From a virus (Duplodnaviria > Caudoviricetes): a DNA stretch of 24,029 nt. Both the position numbers and the translations under genes were made by a program. Position 1 is the first letter of the stretch, and every line of letters starts with the position of its first letter. The notes beneath the pieces are model-generated. The model had not been told where the DNA came from, did no database searches, and saw nothing but the letters and a program-made list of their open reading frames with translations. The stretch is from positions 1 to 24,029 of the IMG/VR virus record IMGVR_UViG_3300033067_000215; one strand, given 5' to 3'. Positions 15,700 through 24,029 of the stretch are shown piece after piece.

Positions 15700-16425
15700 T
15701 TACTTTGGTGTCACCACACCAATGATCGACCGGTCTGGCAGCCAAGTCGCTTTGATATAAACAGGAATTTCGACACCAGTATTGGCATTGCGATACCGAG
15801 TTTTGATTGAATACACCACTTCGGCATTTTTCGTTTCTTCGCCTTCTGGATGTTCTTCTCGCGCAATTTCGAGTGCCTCATTCCAGCGCCGGCGGATTTC
15901 AGCTAAGTCTTCGGGGAAGTGGAGATTTTCCCATTGGTTGTTTTTGAACCCGTCCTCGAACGACATTCCGACCAATTCTTGTAGGGCCTTTGAGGCCCAT
16001 GTATATTTTCCGTCGCTATCCGCCCGCCACATTAGGATGCCGATGGCATCTGTGATCTCTTTGTCTTTAGCGTTGATTGAAATGATGGATTCTTCTATCG
16101 ACTTTAGTGTACGCTTAAGTGCGTTAACACCGTCGAGTATCGAGCCACCACCATTGGGTCCGACTCGATACTCGACCTTTTCGACCCGTTTGTCCAGTGC
16201 TTCAACTTTTCGTCCGAGTTCTTCTACGTTTTTCGGAAGTGCTTGGAAGTCATCTGACCCCAATACTGTGATGCCTTTTTTCGCTGAGGATACAAAAGTT
16301 TTCATAGCTTGGAGTGCGTTCTTGATGTAGTCTCGGAAATGTAGGATGATAGCACCTACAGTGATCAAGAACAGAATCTTGATCAATTCGGTAGCTATCA
16401 CAGTTTGGACAAATGTCATAGTCAT
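15700..16425 (-). CDS. Membrane-anchored coiled-coil protein with a C-terminal PAS-like domain
   Basis: N-terminal TM, coiled coil around PNGGGSILD, then MWRADSDGKYTWAS..L.ELVG...WENLHFPED...RRW (PAS_3-like). Confidence 0.75.
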   Translation of the reverse strand: MTMTFVQTVIATELIKILFLITVGAIILHFRDYIKNALQAMKTFVSSAKKGITVLGSDDFQALPKNVEELGRKVEALDKRVEKVEYRVGPNGGGSILDGVNALKRTLKSIEESIISINAKDKEITDAIGILMWRADSDGKYTWASKALQELVGMSFEDGFKNNQWENLHFPEDLAEIRRRWNEALEIAREEHPEGEETKNAEVVYSIKTRYRNANTGVEIPVYIKATWLPDRSIIGVVTPK

Positions 16426-16440
16426 TGAACGACCTACGAA

Positions 16441-16806
16441 TTACGCCGGCTTGTTTTCTTGAGAACGCTTATGCGCTACCCACAGACCCCAAGCACCAAC
16501 AAGAATCGTAACTGCGTCAGCGCCTGGAACAACAATTGTGTTGAGGAACGTCGAGAGCGATGAGAAAATGTCGGCAATCAAACTGGCGTTGACGTTGCAT
16601 ACTGATCCTACGAGATCGCCAATCTTACAGGCATCATGCAAACCAGATTCGATGGCTCGCAATCCAACCGCAATGATGCCGGCTACTGCTGCCACACCGC
16701 GCTTACGACCGGATGCTGCTGGGTCCTTTAGCCAATCTATTAACTTTTTCATGATGGGTACCTCTTTGAGAAATTGCTTAACGACAATGCGTTTGATGAA
16801 ATCCAT
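16441..16806 (-). CDS. Small membrane protein, holin-like
   Basis: SGRKR followed by a hydrophobic segment, a second hydrophobic segment, and a basic C-terminus. Confidence 0.55.
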   Translation of the reverse strand: MDFIKRIVVKQFLKEVPIMKKLIDWLKDPAASGRKRGVAAVAGIIAVGLRAIESGLHDACKIGDLVGSVCNVNASLIADIFSSLSTFLNTIVVPGADAVTILVGAWGLWVAHKRSQENKPA

Positions 16807-16818
16807 ACAGTATGTATC

Positions 16819-17502
16819 CTAATACTTGCCGGCTTTCCGAAGAAATGACATCGCGCCAGTGCGCGGGTCACTTACAATTATTCCTTTGCCAGGATTCTTG
16901 CGACCAAAGGATCTAATGTCTTCACCAGTTTCATCTTCTCCGACTAGAGACTTGTACCGAGCTTTCTTGGGTTTGCCTAACCGTGATTTGTGGAAGACGT
17001 CAGGATCAACGTGGTAGACTAAATGCCCGGCGAACTTTCCGGCGGCTTTTCTACCAGGCTCTCCTTGAGGGCCAACACCCAGACCAGCGATGTTACCATT
17101 ACCAGCGGAGTTTGTTGGAGCGTCTTCGCTCAGACCACGAGCTTCGCTTATGTATCTGGCGGATTTCTCCCCAAATACGGTCTCGATTAGCTTGGTGTCG
17201 TCATACTTTACCGACTCGCGCAGTTTAGCAAGGGGCTCGCGCAGAAGGTACACGGCGGCTGCATACACGAATAGTTTGCTCGAACCTCCCGGAATCTTGA
17301 CCATGATTCGCTTGATGTTGTTGATCAAGATGTCGAGATATGTCCACGCGGCCCGCTCAGATGACGTTTTGAGCGACACAAATGGCTTTAGGACGTTTCC
17401 TTCAGCGTCGATGATACCTTGCTTGAAGGCCGGGGTTTGATTGAATGGGGTGCTAAGCCGCTTGACTAGAGTGTATGTGATGTAGATATCGGCTAGCTGC
17501 AT
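16819..17502 (-). CDS. Conserved T4-like phage protein (probable head-associated)
   Basis: KRLSTPFNQTPAFKQGIIDAEGNVLK, EDAPTNS and IIVSDPRTGAMSFLR are typical of a protein found near the primase in large T4-like phages. It carries several L/I-x-E sites. Confidence 0.8.
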   Translation of the reverse strand: MQLADIYITYTLVKRLSTPFNQTPAFKQGIIDAEGNVLKPFVSLKTSSERAAWTYLDILINNIKRIMVKIPGGSSKLFVYAAAVYLLREPLAKLRESVKYDDTKLIETVFGEKSARYISEARGLSEDAPTNSAGNGNIAGLGVGPQGEPGRKAAGKFAGHLVYHVDPDVFHKSRLGKPKKARYKSLVGEDETGEDIRSFGRKNPGKGIIVSDPRTGAMSFLRKAGKY

Positions 17503-17529
17503 GGTCTACTATTTAGTAAATCGGGCAGC

Positions 17530-17916
17530 TTAATAGCCCGCCAGCATCGCAGTCAGTTCAATATCTGCGGGAATCAACTCAGACTGTATGTCTTTTCCGC
17601 CGATTGACGGTATGATTTCTGGCATCAAGTTGAGATACGTTAGTACAGACTTCAAAGCCGGCCATTCGGCCGGCTGGAGTTTGAAAAATAGCAATCTTGA
17701 TACGGCTTCTGGGCGGAAAACGTTACTCATGCCTATCAGGTGGTTGAGTACCAATCGAGGATTGATCTCACCTGTTTTGACATACTTGCGAATGAGACGT
17801 TTTACGTACTTGATACGTAGGAGATCTTCCTTGAATTCGTCCATGCCGCTGCAACTGGGATTGTTGTACATCCTAATTGCATAGGCAAAGAACGTCTGTC
17901 GATTCAGATTCTCCAT
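17530..17916 (-). CDS. Conserved T4-like phage hypothetical protein
   Basis: YAIRMYNNPSC..MDEFKEDL.RIKYVKRL...RLVLNHLI...NVF...RLLFFK signature. Confidence 0.82.
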   Translation of the reverse strand: MENLNRQTFFAYAIRMYNNPSCSGMDEFKEDLLRIKYVKRLIRKYVKTGEINPRLVLNHLIGMSNVFRPEAVSRLLFFKLQPAEWPALKSVLTYLNLMPEIIPSIGGKDIQSELIPADIELTAMLAGY

Positions 17917-17931
17917 GATGTAGCGAAAGGA

Positions 17932-18588
17932 TTACGCGCCGCTAGTTGCTAGCAGGATCCAGTAATCGACTCCGTTGATTTGGCACTTGACCTTTGCGTT
18001 GACTGTAGAGCTTGTGGCAGATGTGTTTGCCAACAGCCCTGCGCCATTTGCTACCGCTGCGCTAAACAAATACTTCGTCGATAGCGCGTTGGATGTGAAT
18101 GTGTCTTCCAATCGAAGAAACGCTCCGGGTTGTGCCGCTCTTGCCCCAGTGTTAGAAACGCTGATTACGGCTCCGAACGTATTTGCGATCAAGGCCGCAG
18201 CGTTTGAGACATCGAGAACGAATTTACCTGCGGCATGTTCGGTTAGCACGTTAGCAGTCGCCGCGTTCAACACGCTCGTGGCTAGTATGCCGTATTGGTA
18301 ACCGGTGTTTTGCGACGTTGATTGTGCCACAGTGGTAAACTTACCAGCCGAGAGAACTACGCCAGATGCAGCGTTTGCATTTGCCGTAAGAGTTCCACCA
18401 ACTGATGCTGCGTTTGTGGTTGCGCCGGCGCCAGATGTTGTGGTGATGAACGCGATGTTGCTGAAGAGATTGCCGACAGTAATCTTCTTACCAACTGGTG
18501 TCCCTCCGGGATTGTCGATCACCAAGACGACGTCGTCTTGTGATGCAGAACTTAATGTTGTTAGCGCGGTGATTTTCTTGTCGGCCAT
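17932..18588 (-). CDS. Putative virion fibre/decoration protein
   Basis: MADKKITALT N-terminus and KKITV are typical of phage fibre proteins; A/T/S/N/G-rich composition. Confidence 0.7.
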   Translation of the reverse strand: MADKKITALTTLSSASQDDVVLVIDNPGGTPVGKKITVGNLFSNIAFITTTSGAGATTNAASVGGTLTANANAASGVVLSAGKFTTVAQSTSQNTGYQYGILATSVLNAATANVLTEHAAGKFVLDVSNAAALIANTFGAVISVSNTGARAAQPGAFLRLEDTFTSNALSTKYLFSAAVANGAGLLANTSATSSTVNAKVKCQINGVDYWILLATSGA

Positions 18589-18589
18589 G

Positions 18590-18853
18590 TTATTCGCTTT
18601 GTGTGGTTGGTACTAGATTGATTGGAACTGGTGTAGAACCAGAGTCGATTTGCTTGATTAGGATGTCACAAGCCTGAATCGCTCCATTCAATGCAGATTC
18701 TTGGAGTTGCAGTTCCCGAGTTTCCTGATTGTACTTCGCGGTCAATTCTTGATGACGGAGCTGGATGGCCTGAACATCGGCAAGCCATCCAGCCCTGTGA
18801 GCTTCGATACCTTCGCGATTCACAACATTTGACACTGTTAGAGTATTAGTCAT
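18590..18853 (-). CDS. Small coiled-coil protein (possible fibre chaperone)
   Basis: Heptad pattern ending ALNGAIQACDILI; lies between two fibre-like genes. Confidence 0.65.
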   Translation of the reverse strand: MTNTLTVSNVVNREGIEAHRAGWLADVQAIQLRHQELTAKYNQETRELQLQESALNGAIQACDILIKQIDSGSTPVPINLVPTTQSE

Positions 18854-18878
18854 ATGATCTCATTTCCAAGTAAAGTAT

Positions 18879-19496
18879 TTAGGCGAGTGCGCTGTACAGT
18901 TGAATGAACTTCTCAGCACCATTAACACGGACCGCGAAGCAGCCTGCGTTGGTGATGCAAGAGTTATTTCGGAATGCTCCGTTTGCTCCCGCGTTCGTCG
19001 CTGTTGCGTTGACATAGTGGGTGTTTGACCCACCAACGGTATAGCCAAGGTCGAGCAGATACGAAACGCCGTTTGCCTTCGCCGAACCAACAATGTCTCC
19101 CTGCTTTTCTCCGAGAGCGATGAACGCTGTTGGACGAGTCTGTCGAGTGTTCGAATCGGCAGTCACGTCAATGACCAACCCGTATGCCAAGTTGGCTGCC
19201 GTGTCTGACGCGGTGTTTGACAGGTTAAGCTCGATTCGAGCTCCAGCGTACTGAGTTGCGATTGTTGATGCAATTGAGTTACCGCAACCTACTGTAGTCT
19301 TGGCGAAGATTGACTCGACTCCAAGAACAGTCGTGTTGACTGCCAACCCAGACGTCGCGTTAACAGTGAATTCACCCGAACGAACAATACCTGAGGTGGC
19401 GTTGTCGCGGATGATTACATCTGCCTTCAGCAACGTGCTGGAACTATTTCCCGAAGAACGGTCCTTGAGACGGAAGCGTGTATTTTGAAAACTCAT
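18879..19496 (-). CDS. Putative virion structural protein, paralogous to 17932-18588
   Basis: Strong SD TAAGGAG, similar composition, and an alignable core with the downstream protein. Confidence 0.7.
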   Translation of the reverse strand: MSFQNTRFRLKDRSSGNSSSTLLKADVIIRDNATSGIVRSGEFTVNATSGLAVNTTVLGVESIFAKTTVGCGNSIASTIATQYAGARIELNLSNTASDTAANLAYGLVIDVTADSNTRQTRPTAFIALGEKQGDIVGSAKANGVSYLLDLGYTVGGSNTHYVNATATNAGANGAFRNNSCITNAGCFAVRVNGAEKFIQLYSALA

Positions 19497-19569
19497 GTGA
19501 TCTCCTTATTGCCGGAATTCGGTAAGAAGTCTGGCTGAAATGATGCTTACCACTATGGTGTCATCCCAA

Positions 19570-20472
19570 CTATTTAGCAGATTTGGAATCCTTAGTGGTC
19601 TTCTCATTTTGACTTGCCAGTTTGTTACTGATGTTGTAAATCAGTCTTTCTGGCGGGTTCACTACGAGTTTGGAATCGTTGCCTTCGATATCAGAATCGA
19701 CCGGTCCATCGTTGGCGTAGATGTTGTCCGGCTCTTGACGCTTCTTTGGCTTCTTTGGAGGAACTGGTGCTGGTGCAGTCGGGGGTTCTTCTTTCTTCTT
19801 ATTGAAGTTGCCGAACCCCCATTCGTGTAACGAAATTTCGAACGATCCGTCGTCTTCTTCGAGAATCTCAAAATCAAACCAATCGTCCGTGTCTTCGATG
19901 AACTGATCCATGACTGCCCCTTCTTTGAGAGTCCCAAGCCGCTGTTGTATCTTTGTCATCGTAGCTTTCGCCTGAGTATCTGATAGGCGACTAATGAGGA
20001 TACGCTTGAACTTGTCAAATTGCCCCGTCTGCGCAAGATATCGAGCCGCAGTCGCGCTTACACTGTCTCTAGGCGCCGATGAGTCAGAAATGCTTGACAC
20101 GGAAAGCGTCAAGTGGTTTGCCGGATCGGCTAGCCTTTTCCAACTCTTGATCAATCCCTCGAATTTGTCTTTGCGGTCGGGGCCAACTAGTAATTGAATT
20201 TTGGAGTATCCAAGCGCCTGCGCCCAGTTAAGTGCGTCGATGGGGCTTTTGGCCGATTCGGGGCCTATTGTTAGCGATGGAAATGCCGTCTTAACAAGCT
20301 CGGCTTTTTCTTTGAAGCTAAGAGGATTCTTTTTGGTGTCTTGCGTGTTCGATAAGAACAATGCGGCGTCACCTGACAATTTGCGTGCTGTCGATAGTAA
20401 TCCGAGGATCAATGCCTCGTGCCCGCGCGTGGGCGGATTCAATCTTCCGAATGCGATAGCCACGCTTGACAT
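19570..20472 (-). CDS. Phage cytidylyltransferase-like (HIGH nucleotidyltransferase) protein with an acidic C-terminal extension
   Basis: FGRLNPPTRGH, KKNPL, LLVGPDR and SATAAR motifs. The start at 20472 follows from a TAATG overlap. Confidence 0.85.
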   Translation of the reverse strand: MSSVAIAFGRLNPPTRGHEALILGLLSTARKLSGDAALFLSNTQDTKKNPLSFKEKAELVKTAFPSLTIGPESAKSPIDALNWAQALGYSKIQLLVGPDRKDKFEGLIKSWKRLADPANHLTLSVSSISDSSAPRDSVSATAARYLAQTGQFDKFKRILISRLSDTQAKATMTKIQQRLGTLKEGAVMDQFIEDTDDWFDFEILEEDDGSFEISLHEWGFGNFNKKKEEPPTAPAPVPPKKPKKRQEPDNIYANDGPVDSDIEGNDSKLVVNPPERLIYNISNKLASQNEKTTKDSKSAK

Positions 20473-21086
20473 TAGATTGCCAATCCTTTTAGATGCACGG
20501 TCAATTGACTTAGCGTCGATTCCGCTGTTTTGTGTTGGATTGCGTAACCGCGCGTTTGTGCTATCCATTCGACTACATTTTTCTTGTAGTCGTCGATCAA
20601 CACAGATTTGAGTCCGGTCATGACATTATCGGCAATACCATAGTCTGGCTTCTCTGACCTGGCGCATGTTACGACATCGGCAGTTGTAAGTCCGTTGAAG
20701 TTCTTGACGATCCATTCTTTTTTGTCTCTAGACGCATTCTTGCCAGTTTGGATGTGATCGCCTTTGAGCCATGGCCATGGCAGTGCTGTCAATATTCCAA
20801 GTCTGATGTGTCCGTGATCCCGGAGATTTACCAATGCGGTCATCAATCGCTTAGCATCTGGCAAAGGGGTGCATAACGCGAAAATGTTCGGGGTCTTCTT
20901 CGCGACAACGTCCCACGCATTTGGCTTTTCAAGGAATACATTTACCTGATTGTCAGAATTCAGGTTGTAAATTTCACGAAATGTCCCATGAAAATCCGCC
21001 AAAACTCCGTCCACATCGCACCAAATTTTTGGTAAACGAGTGTTTGCCTCGGTTAGGAGAGCGGCTTGGGATAGAGTCACAGACAT
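20472..21086 (-). CDS. HAD-family 5'(3')-deoxyribonucleotidase-like protein
   Basis: IWCDVDGVLADF, ILTA, KKEW and VLIDDYKKN motifs. Confidence 0.87.
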   Translation of the reverse strand: MSVTLSQAALLTEANTRLPKIWCDVDGVLADFHGTFREIYNLNSDNQVNVFLEKPNAWDVVAKKTPNIFALCTPLPDAKRLMTALVNLRDHGHIRLGILTALPWPWLKGDHIQTGKNASRDKKEWIVKNFNGLTTADVVTCARSEKPDYGIADNVMTGLKSVLIDDYKKNVVEWIAQTRGYAIQHKTAESTLSQLTVHLKGLAI

Positions 21087-21100
21087 ATGATCTATTTAGC

Positions 21101-21430
21101 TCATTGATATGTTTCAGCTTTGAATGTTCCATCTCGGTCGGTGTATATGGTGCTTCGAACGCCTGCTAGCTTTAATGCATATGCACAGGTAGCGCATGGT
21201 TTAGAGATTCCTATTGTGCCTGCGTTAGTAAGCCTCACGTTAACCGCTGTCATGCCTTTAGCACCGCCCTTGTGCTTTACCTTGTTGAGCGCCATGATTT
21301 CCGCATGCTTGTAGCCGAGATTGTATCCTGTGGCCATTAAGGCGCCGCCTCTGAACAGAAGTGTGGCGTGTTTGTGGTGTGCGTGGTCAGATTTAGATGC
21401 TTCTCTGAGCGCTCGATTGATGTTCAGCAT
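21101..21430 (-). CDS. Zn-dependent cytidine/dCMP-deaminase-superfamily protein
   Basis: GYN...HAE...SKPCATC motif. Confidence 0.85.
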   Translation of the reverse strand: MLNINRALREASKSDHAHHKHATLLFRGGALMATGYNLGYKHAEIMALNKVKHKGGAKGMTAVNVRLTNAGTIGISKPCATCAYALKLAGVRSTIYTDRDGTFKAETYQ

Positions 21431-22196
21431 TGACGTTGACGGGATATGATTTGCGGTAAACTTGAAGTGATTTGGGGCAAGGTGGGAAGTTTGCGGCTAT
21501 TGGTGTTATGACGTCTCTCCATTGTAACACTTTCCTAAAGAACCGCGCAACTGCCGGATGTTTCTTATCCTTGTATGCCTCGTAGTAATACTCAATGGCA
21601 TGAATAACACTATCTTGCTTGAATTCCGCCCGGAGACTTCTTATTGTGATTGGAACACCTGGTTTGACGTAATTCCAATATTCGACGCAATCTCGCGCAT
21701 ACGATTCCACTTCGTCTAAACTCCCCAAGTATTCTTGCTCTGCATGAACTTCGGGGTTATCTTTGTCGGTCTTGAAGCACAACGTTGAATGTTGTTGCTT
21801 ACGTAGTGCGTATTGTGCGCGGTGGACTAGTTCATGAAGTAGCGTTTCGTGAATAGTGTAACGAAAGACTTCCCAATTACTGCGCGTTAGCGCCAATTTT
21901 TTGCGTTGAGCGACTATGATTTCAAGTTCGATGGGGGCAACACCGCCGCGTTTTGGAGCATAGCAAGTGCCTCCTAAAACGGGCGAATCAAACGGATCCT
22001 GCGCGGTGCTGTCCACAAATGGCAAGAACTTGATGGCCAGCCCGCGCAGGGAATTCGTCAATTGAATTGTTAACGGCTTGAGGTAAATTTCCTTTGTTGC
22101 CGATCTTGTGATGGCAGCTTTGATTACCTCATCGACTGCGGGTGCTGCGAGCGCGTATTGCTCGGCTACGTAAAGGTGGATCTTCTGAACGTTCAA
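21393..22196 (-). CDS. HExxH zincin-like protein
   Basis: LLHELVHRAQ and YLGSLDEVESYA motifs; AGGAG upstream of a TTG start. Confidence 0.78.
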   Translation of the reverse strand: MNVQKIHLYVAEQYALAAPAVDEVIKAAITRSATKEIYLKPLTIQLTNSLRGLAIKFLPFVDSTAQDPFDSPVLGGTCYAPKRGGVAPIELEIIVAQRKKLALTRSNWEVFRYTIHETLLHELVHRAQYALRKQQHSTLCFKTDKDNPEVHAEQEYLGSLDEVESYARDCVEYWNYVKPGVPITIRSLRAEFKQDSVIHAIEYYYEAYKDKKHPAVARFFRKVLQWRDVITPIAANFPPCPKSLQVYRKSYPVNVNAEHQSSAQRSI

Positions 22197-22246
22197 TGTC
22201 GGATCTCCTAGAATACATCACCAGGACCATTACTGTAACTATGTAG

Positions 22247-23632
22247 TTAGTACTTGATGTCACTGTTCGGAGCCGCTCTCTTGAATTTGCTTCCCGGAGT
22301 AAATTGGGAAACCGTTTGTTCTACTTTGACGGGAGCTGCCGAAAAGTTCTGGTTTGGATCGTTGAAAATCCGCATTTTGGATTTGTCCACACAAACAGTA
22401 AATCGTCTGTTCAGTGATTCATCACCATACCGATTCTTTAGCTGCTTGATCAGTAGCTTTCCTTCTGCTTGCAATTCATCGCTGGTAATTAGCGCTAGTT
22501 GCAAGTCTACCGTCGCCGGCAAACCAATACTGTCGCTTGTGTTTGTCAGACTCGGATCGCTATTGTCGAATCCGCCTCTGTTGAACTGAGTTGCCGAGAG
22601 ACACGGAACGTTGTATTCAACTGCCAGCCCGCGCATTTCTTCCGCTACGGCCTTGATGTATGAGTACGTATTGACCTGCCCGGTGTTCTTCAACCGTACA
22701 CTAGAACAAATGTTAACATAGTCAACTATGAGCAAGTCCGGAACGAAATTTCGCTTGATGGCCAATTCATCGAGTAGCGCTCGGAAGTGCCCGACATGCG
22801 CAGATCCAGTTGGATACTCCTTGATGATCAGCTTTCCGAAGTTGCTTCGTTTCCGTAGTTGCTTGAACGCGTTCTCGTATAGCAACTTTGGCATATCATC
22901 GAGTGCGTCCATAGAGACGTCGAGTAAGTTGGCATCAATGCGCTGCGCGATTCGTTCTTCGGCCATTTCCATGGTCAAGTACAATACGTTTTTACCTTGC
23001 GCTATCGTACTTGACGCGATGTGACACATGATCATCGACTTACCAACACCTGTTGCCGCGACGATGATATTGAGCGTCTTTGGAGCCAACCCACCCTTCG
23101 TGATCGAGTTTAGGAGGTCGATGTCGAATGGTATGCGCTTTGTGTTTTGGTGAATTAGGTCGTATCGTCCCTCGTATTCTTCGAAGTAGTCATGACCAAT
23201 GTGGCTGTCAAAGCTCACGGCAAGTGCATCCTTTAGAATTTCTGGCACACTTGCCGCTGCGTTGAAGTCTTTGTCGATTAGCGTTATTGACGATGATATG
23301 GCATTGTAAAGCGCCCGACGTTGGCAGAACAGTTCAGCCTCGTGCGTCAGCCATTCTTTGCGGCTACTATCAACCCTGGCGACACCAACTAATTCTTCTA
23401 CGAGTGCTTTAGCTTCGTTGAACGTACCTTGCGACAGTGATTCTTGTTCTAGCGCCAGCCGTAGTGCGTCGAATGTAGGTGTTGCTTTGTAGGTGTTGAC
23501 GAAATTATTGCATAGTCTGAACACCACTTTGTCTGATTCGGCACTGAAATACTCCTCTTTGAGGAACGGAAGAACCTTACGCGCAAACTCTTCATCCTTG
23601 ACCAAATGGGCAAGGATCAATTTTTCTATCAT
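22247..23632 (-). CDS. T4 gp41-like (DnaB-family) replicative helicase
   Basis: Walker A AATGVGKS, YLTMEMAE, IKEYPTG, IVDY, SATQFNR and KQLKNRY motifs. Confidence 0.95.
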   Translation of the reverse strand: MIEKLILAHLVKDEEFARKVLPFLKEEYFSAESDKVVFRLCNNFVNTYKATPTFDALRLALEQESLSQGTFNEAKALVEELVGVARVDSSRKEWLTHEAELFCQRRALYNAISSSITLIDKDFNAAASVPEILKDALAVSFDSHIGHDYFEEYEGRYDLIHQNTKRIPFDIDLLNSITKGGLAPKTLNIIVAATGVGKSMIMCHIASSTIAQGKNVLYLTMEMAEERIAQRIDANLLDVSMDALDDMPKLLYENAFKQLRKRSNFGKLIIKEYPTGSAHVGHFRALLDELAIKRNFVPDLLIVDYVNICSSVRLKNTGQVNTYSYIKAVAEEMRGLAVEYNVPCLSATQFNRGGFDNSDPSLTNTSDSIGLPATVDLQLALITSDELQAEGKLLIKQLKNRYGDESLNRRFTVCVDKSKMRIFNDPNQNFSAAPVKVEQTVSQFTPGSKFKRAAPNSDIKY

Positions 23633-23666
23633 TACATGTCCTATTTGTTAGTTGTTGGTGACAGAA

Positions 23667-24029
23667 TTAGTCTTGCGTTTCTTCCTCCCCGGCAATTTCT
23701 TCGTCGGTGTGGACTCCATATGTGAATGTCGGTATCACATAGGTTTCGTCGAGAGACTTTAGGAATTCTGGTGTGAAGTAGTCGGTAGGATTTTGCATGA
23801 TCTTGGCGGCCTTAGCTGGTGCCAATCCAGGAAACGTGTACTTACCAGCGGTCGATGTGACCATGCCGGCTTCTTCTGCGAATTCGAGTAGTCCGTGATA
23901 GCGATCCAGGCCGCCAGCGTATGAAATCTTGACTTCGACTTCGGCATTTTCCTTGCTAAGTCTGGACTTTAGCATCTTGACTTTGATCAAACTGCCAATG
24001 ACCTTTTTGTCCTTATCCTTGTCTTTGGA
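23667..24029 (-). CDS. uvsX: UvsX/RecA-like recombinase, C-terminal part
   Basis: SKDKDKDKKVIGSLIKVKMLKSRLSKEN...YAGGLDRYHGLLE; directly upstream of gp41, as in T4-like phages. Confidence 0.88.
   Translation of the reverse strand, partial: SKDKDKDKKVIGSLIKVKMLKSRLSKENAEVEVKISYAGGLDRYHGLLEFAEEAGMVTSTAGKYTFPGLAPAKAAKIMQNPTDYFTPEFLKSLDETYVIPTFTYGVHTDEEIAGEEETQD

Larger units (their letters stand above)
510..21099 (-). promoter_or_regulatory. Dispersed T4-like late promoter motif CTAAATA (11 copies seen)
   Basis: Plus-strand TATTTAG starts at 510, 1273, 2700, 7305, 8941, 10428, 11384, 17510, 18876, 19571 and 21093, all at gene boundaries. It resembles the T4 gp55 consensus TATAAATA. Confidence 0.8.

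Noticed and set aside
19570-20568. ORF-track long N-termini (20568, 8069, 10951, 9659, 1175, 1723, 2739)
   Set aside because: The extensions overlap upstream genes or tRNA elements, and internal starts give stop/start coupling or SD support.
22239-22246. CTACATA here and ACAAATA near 23642 as additional late promoters
   Set aside because: They are mismatched variants at gene boundaries; plausible, but not supportable without a genome-wide model.
1-24029. Numerous plus-strand ORFs in the six-frame track (for example 3342-3884, 12361-12927, 15782-16330)
   Set aside because: They are antisense shadows of well-supported minus-strand genes or tRNAs and show no recognisable motifs.

Overview
This is a 24 kb segment of a large T4-like (myovirus/jumbo-type) phage genome, and essentially all credible genes lie on the minus strand. 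In transcription order (right to left) it carries uvsX (partial), the gp41 helicase, an HExxH protein, a Zn-deaminase, a HAD nucleotidase, a cytidylyltransferase-like protein, two paralogous virion-like proteins, conserved T4-like hypotheticals, a holin-like protein and a TM-coiled-coil-PAS protein. These are followed by the gp61 primase (interrupted by one in-frame TGA), thyX, a class II RNR with a 168-aa mini-intein, a RuvC-like resolvase and an RHH protein. Next come a sigma70-driven ~230-nt structured non-coding leader with 3 tRNAs, a glycosyltransferase and a methyltransferase, and putative head-packaged polyproteins (one with a pyrophosphatase-like domain). The left end holds a second cluster of 8 tRNAs plus remnants, interleaved with small ORFs, and a SpoU/TrmH RNA methyltransferase. 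A CTAAATA late-promoter motif recurs at 11 gene boundaries, and many promoters sit only 5-8 nt from a start codon, which suggests leaderless mRNAs. All family assignments come from motif recognition by eye; no searches or folding programs were run.
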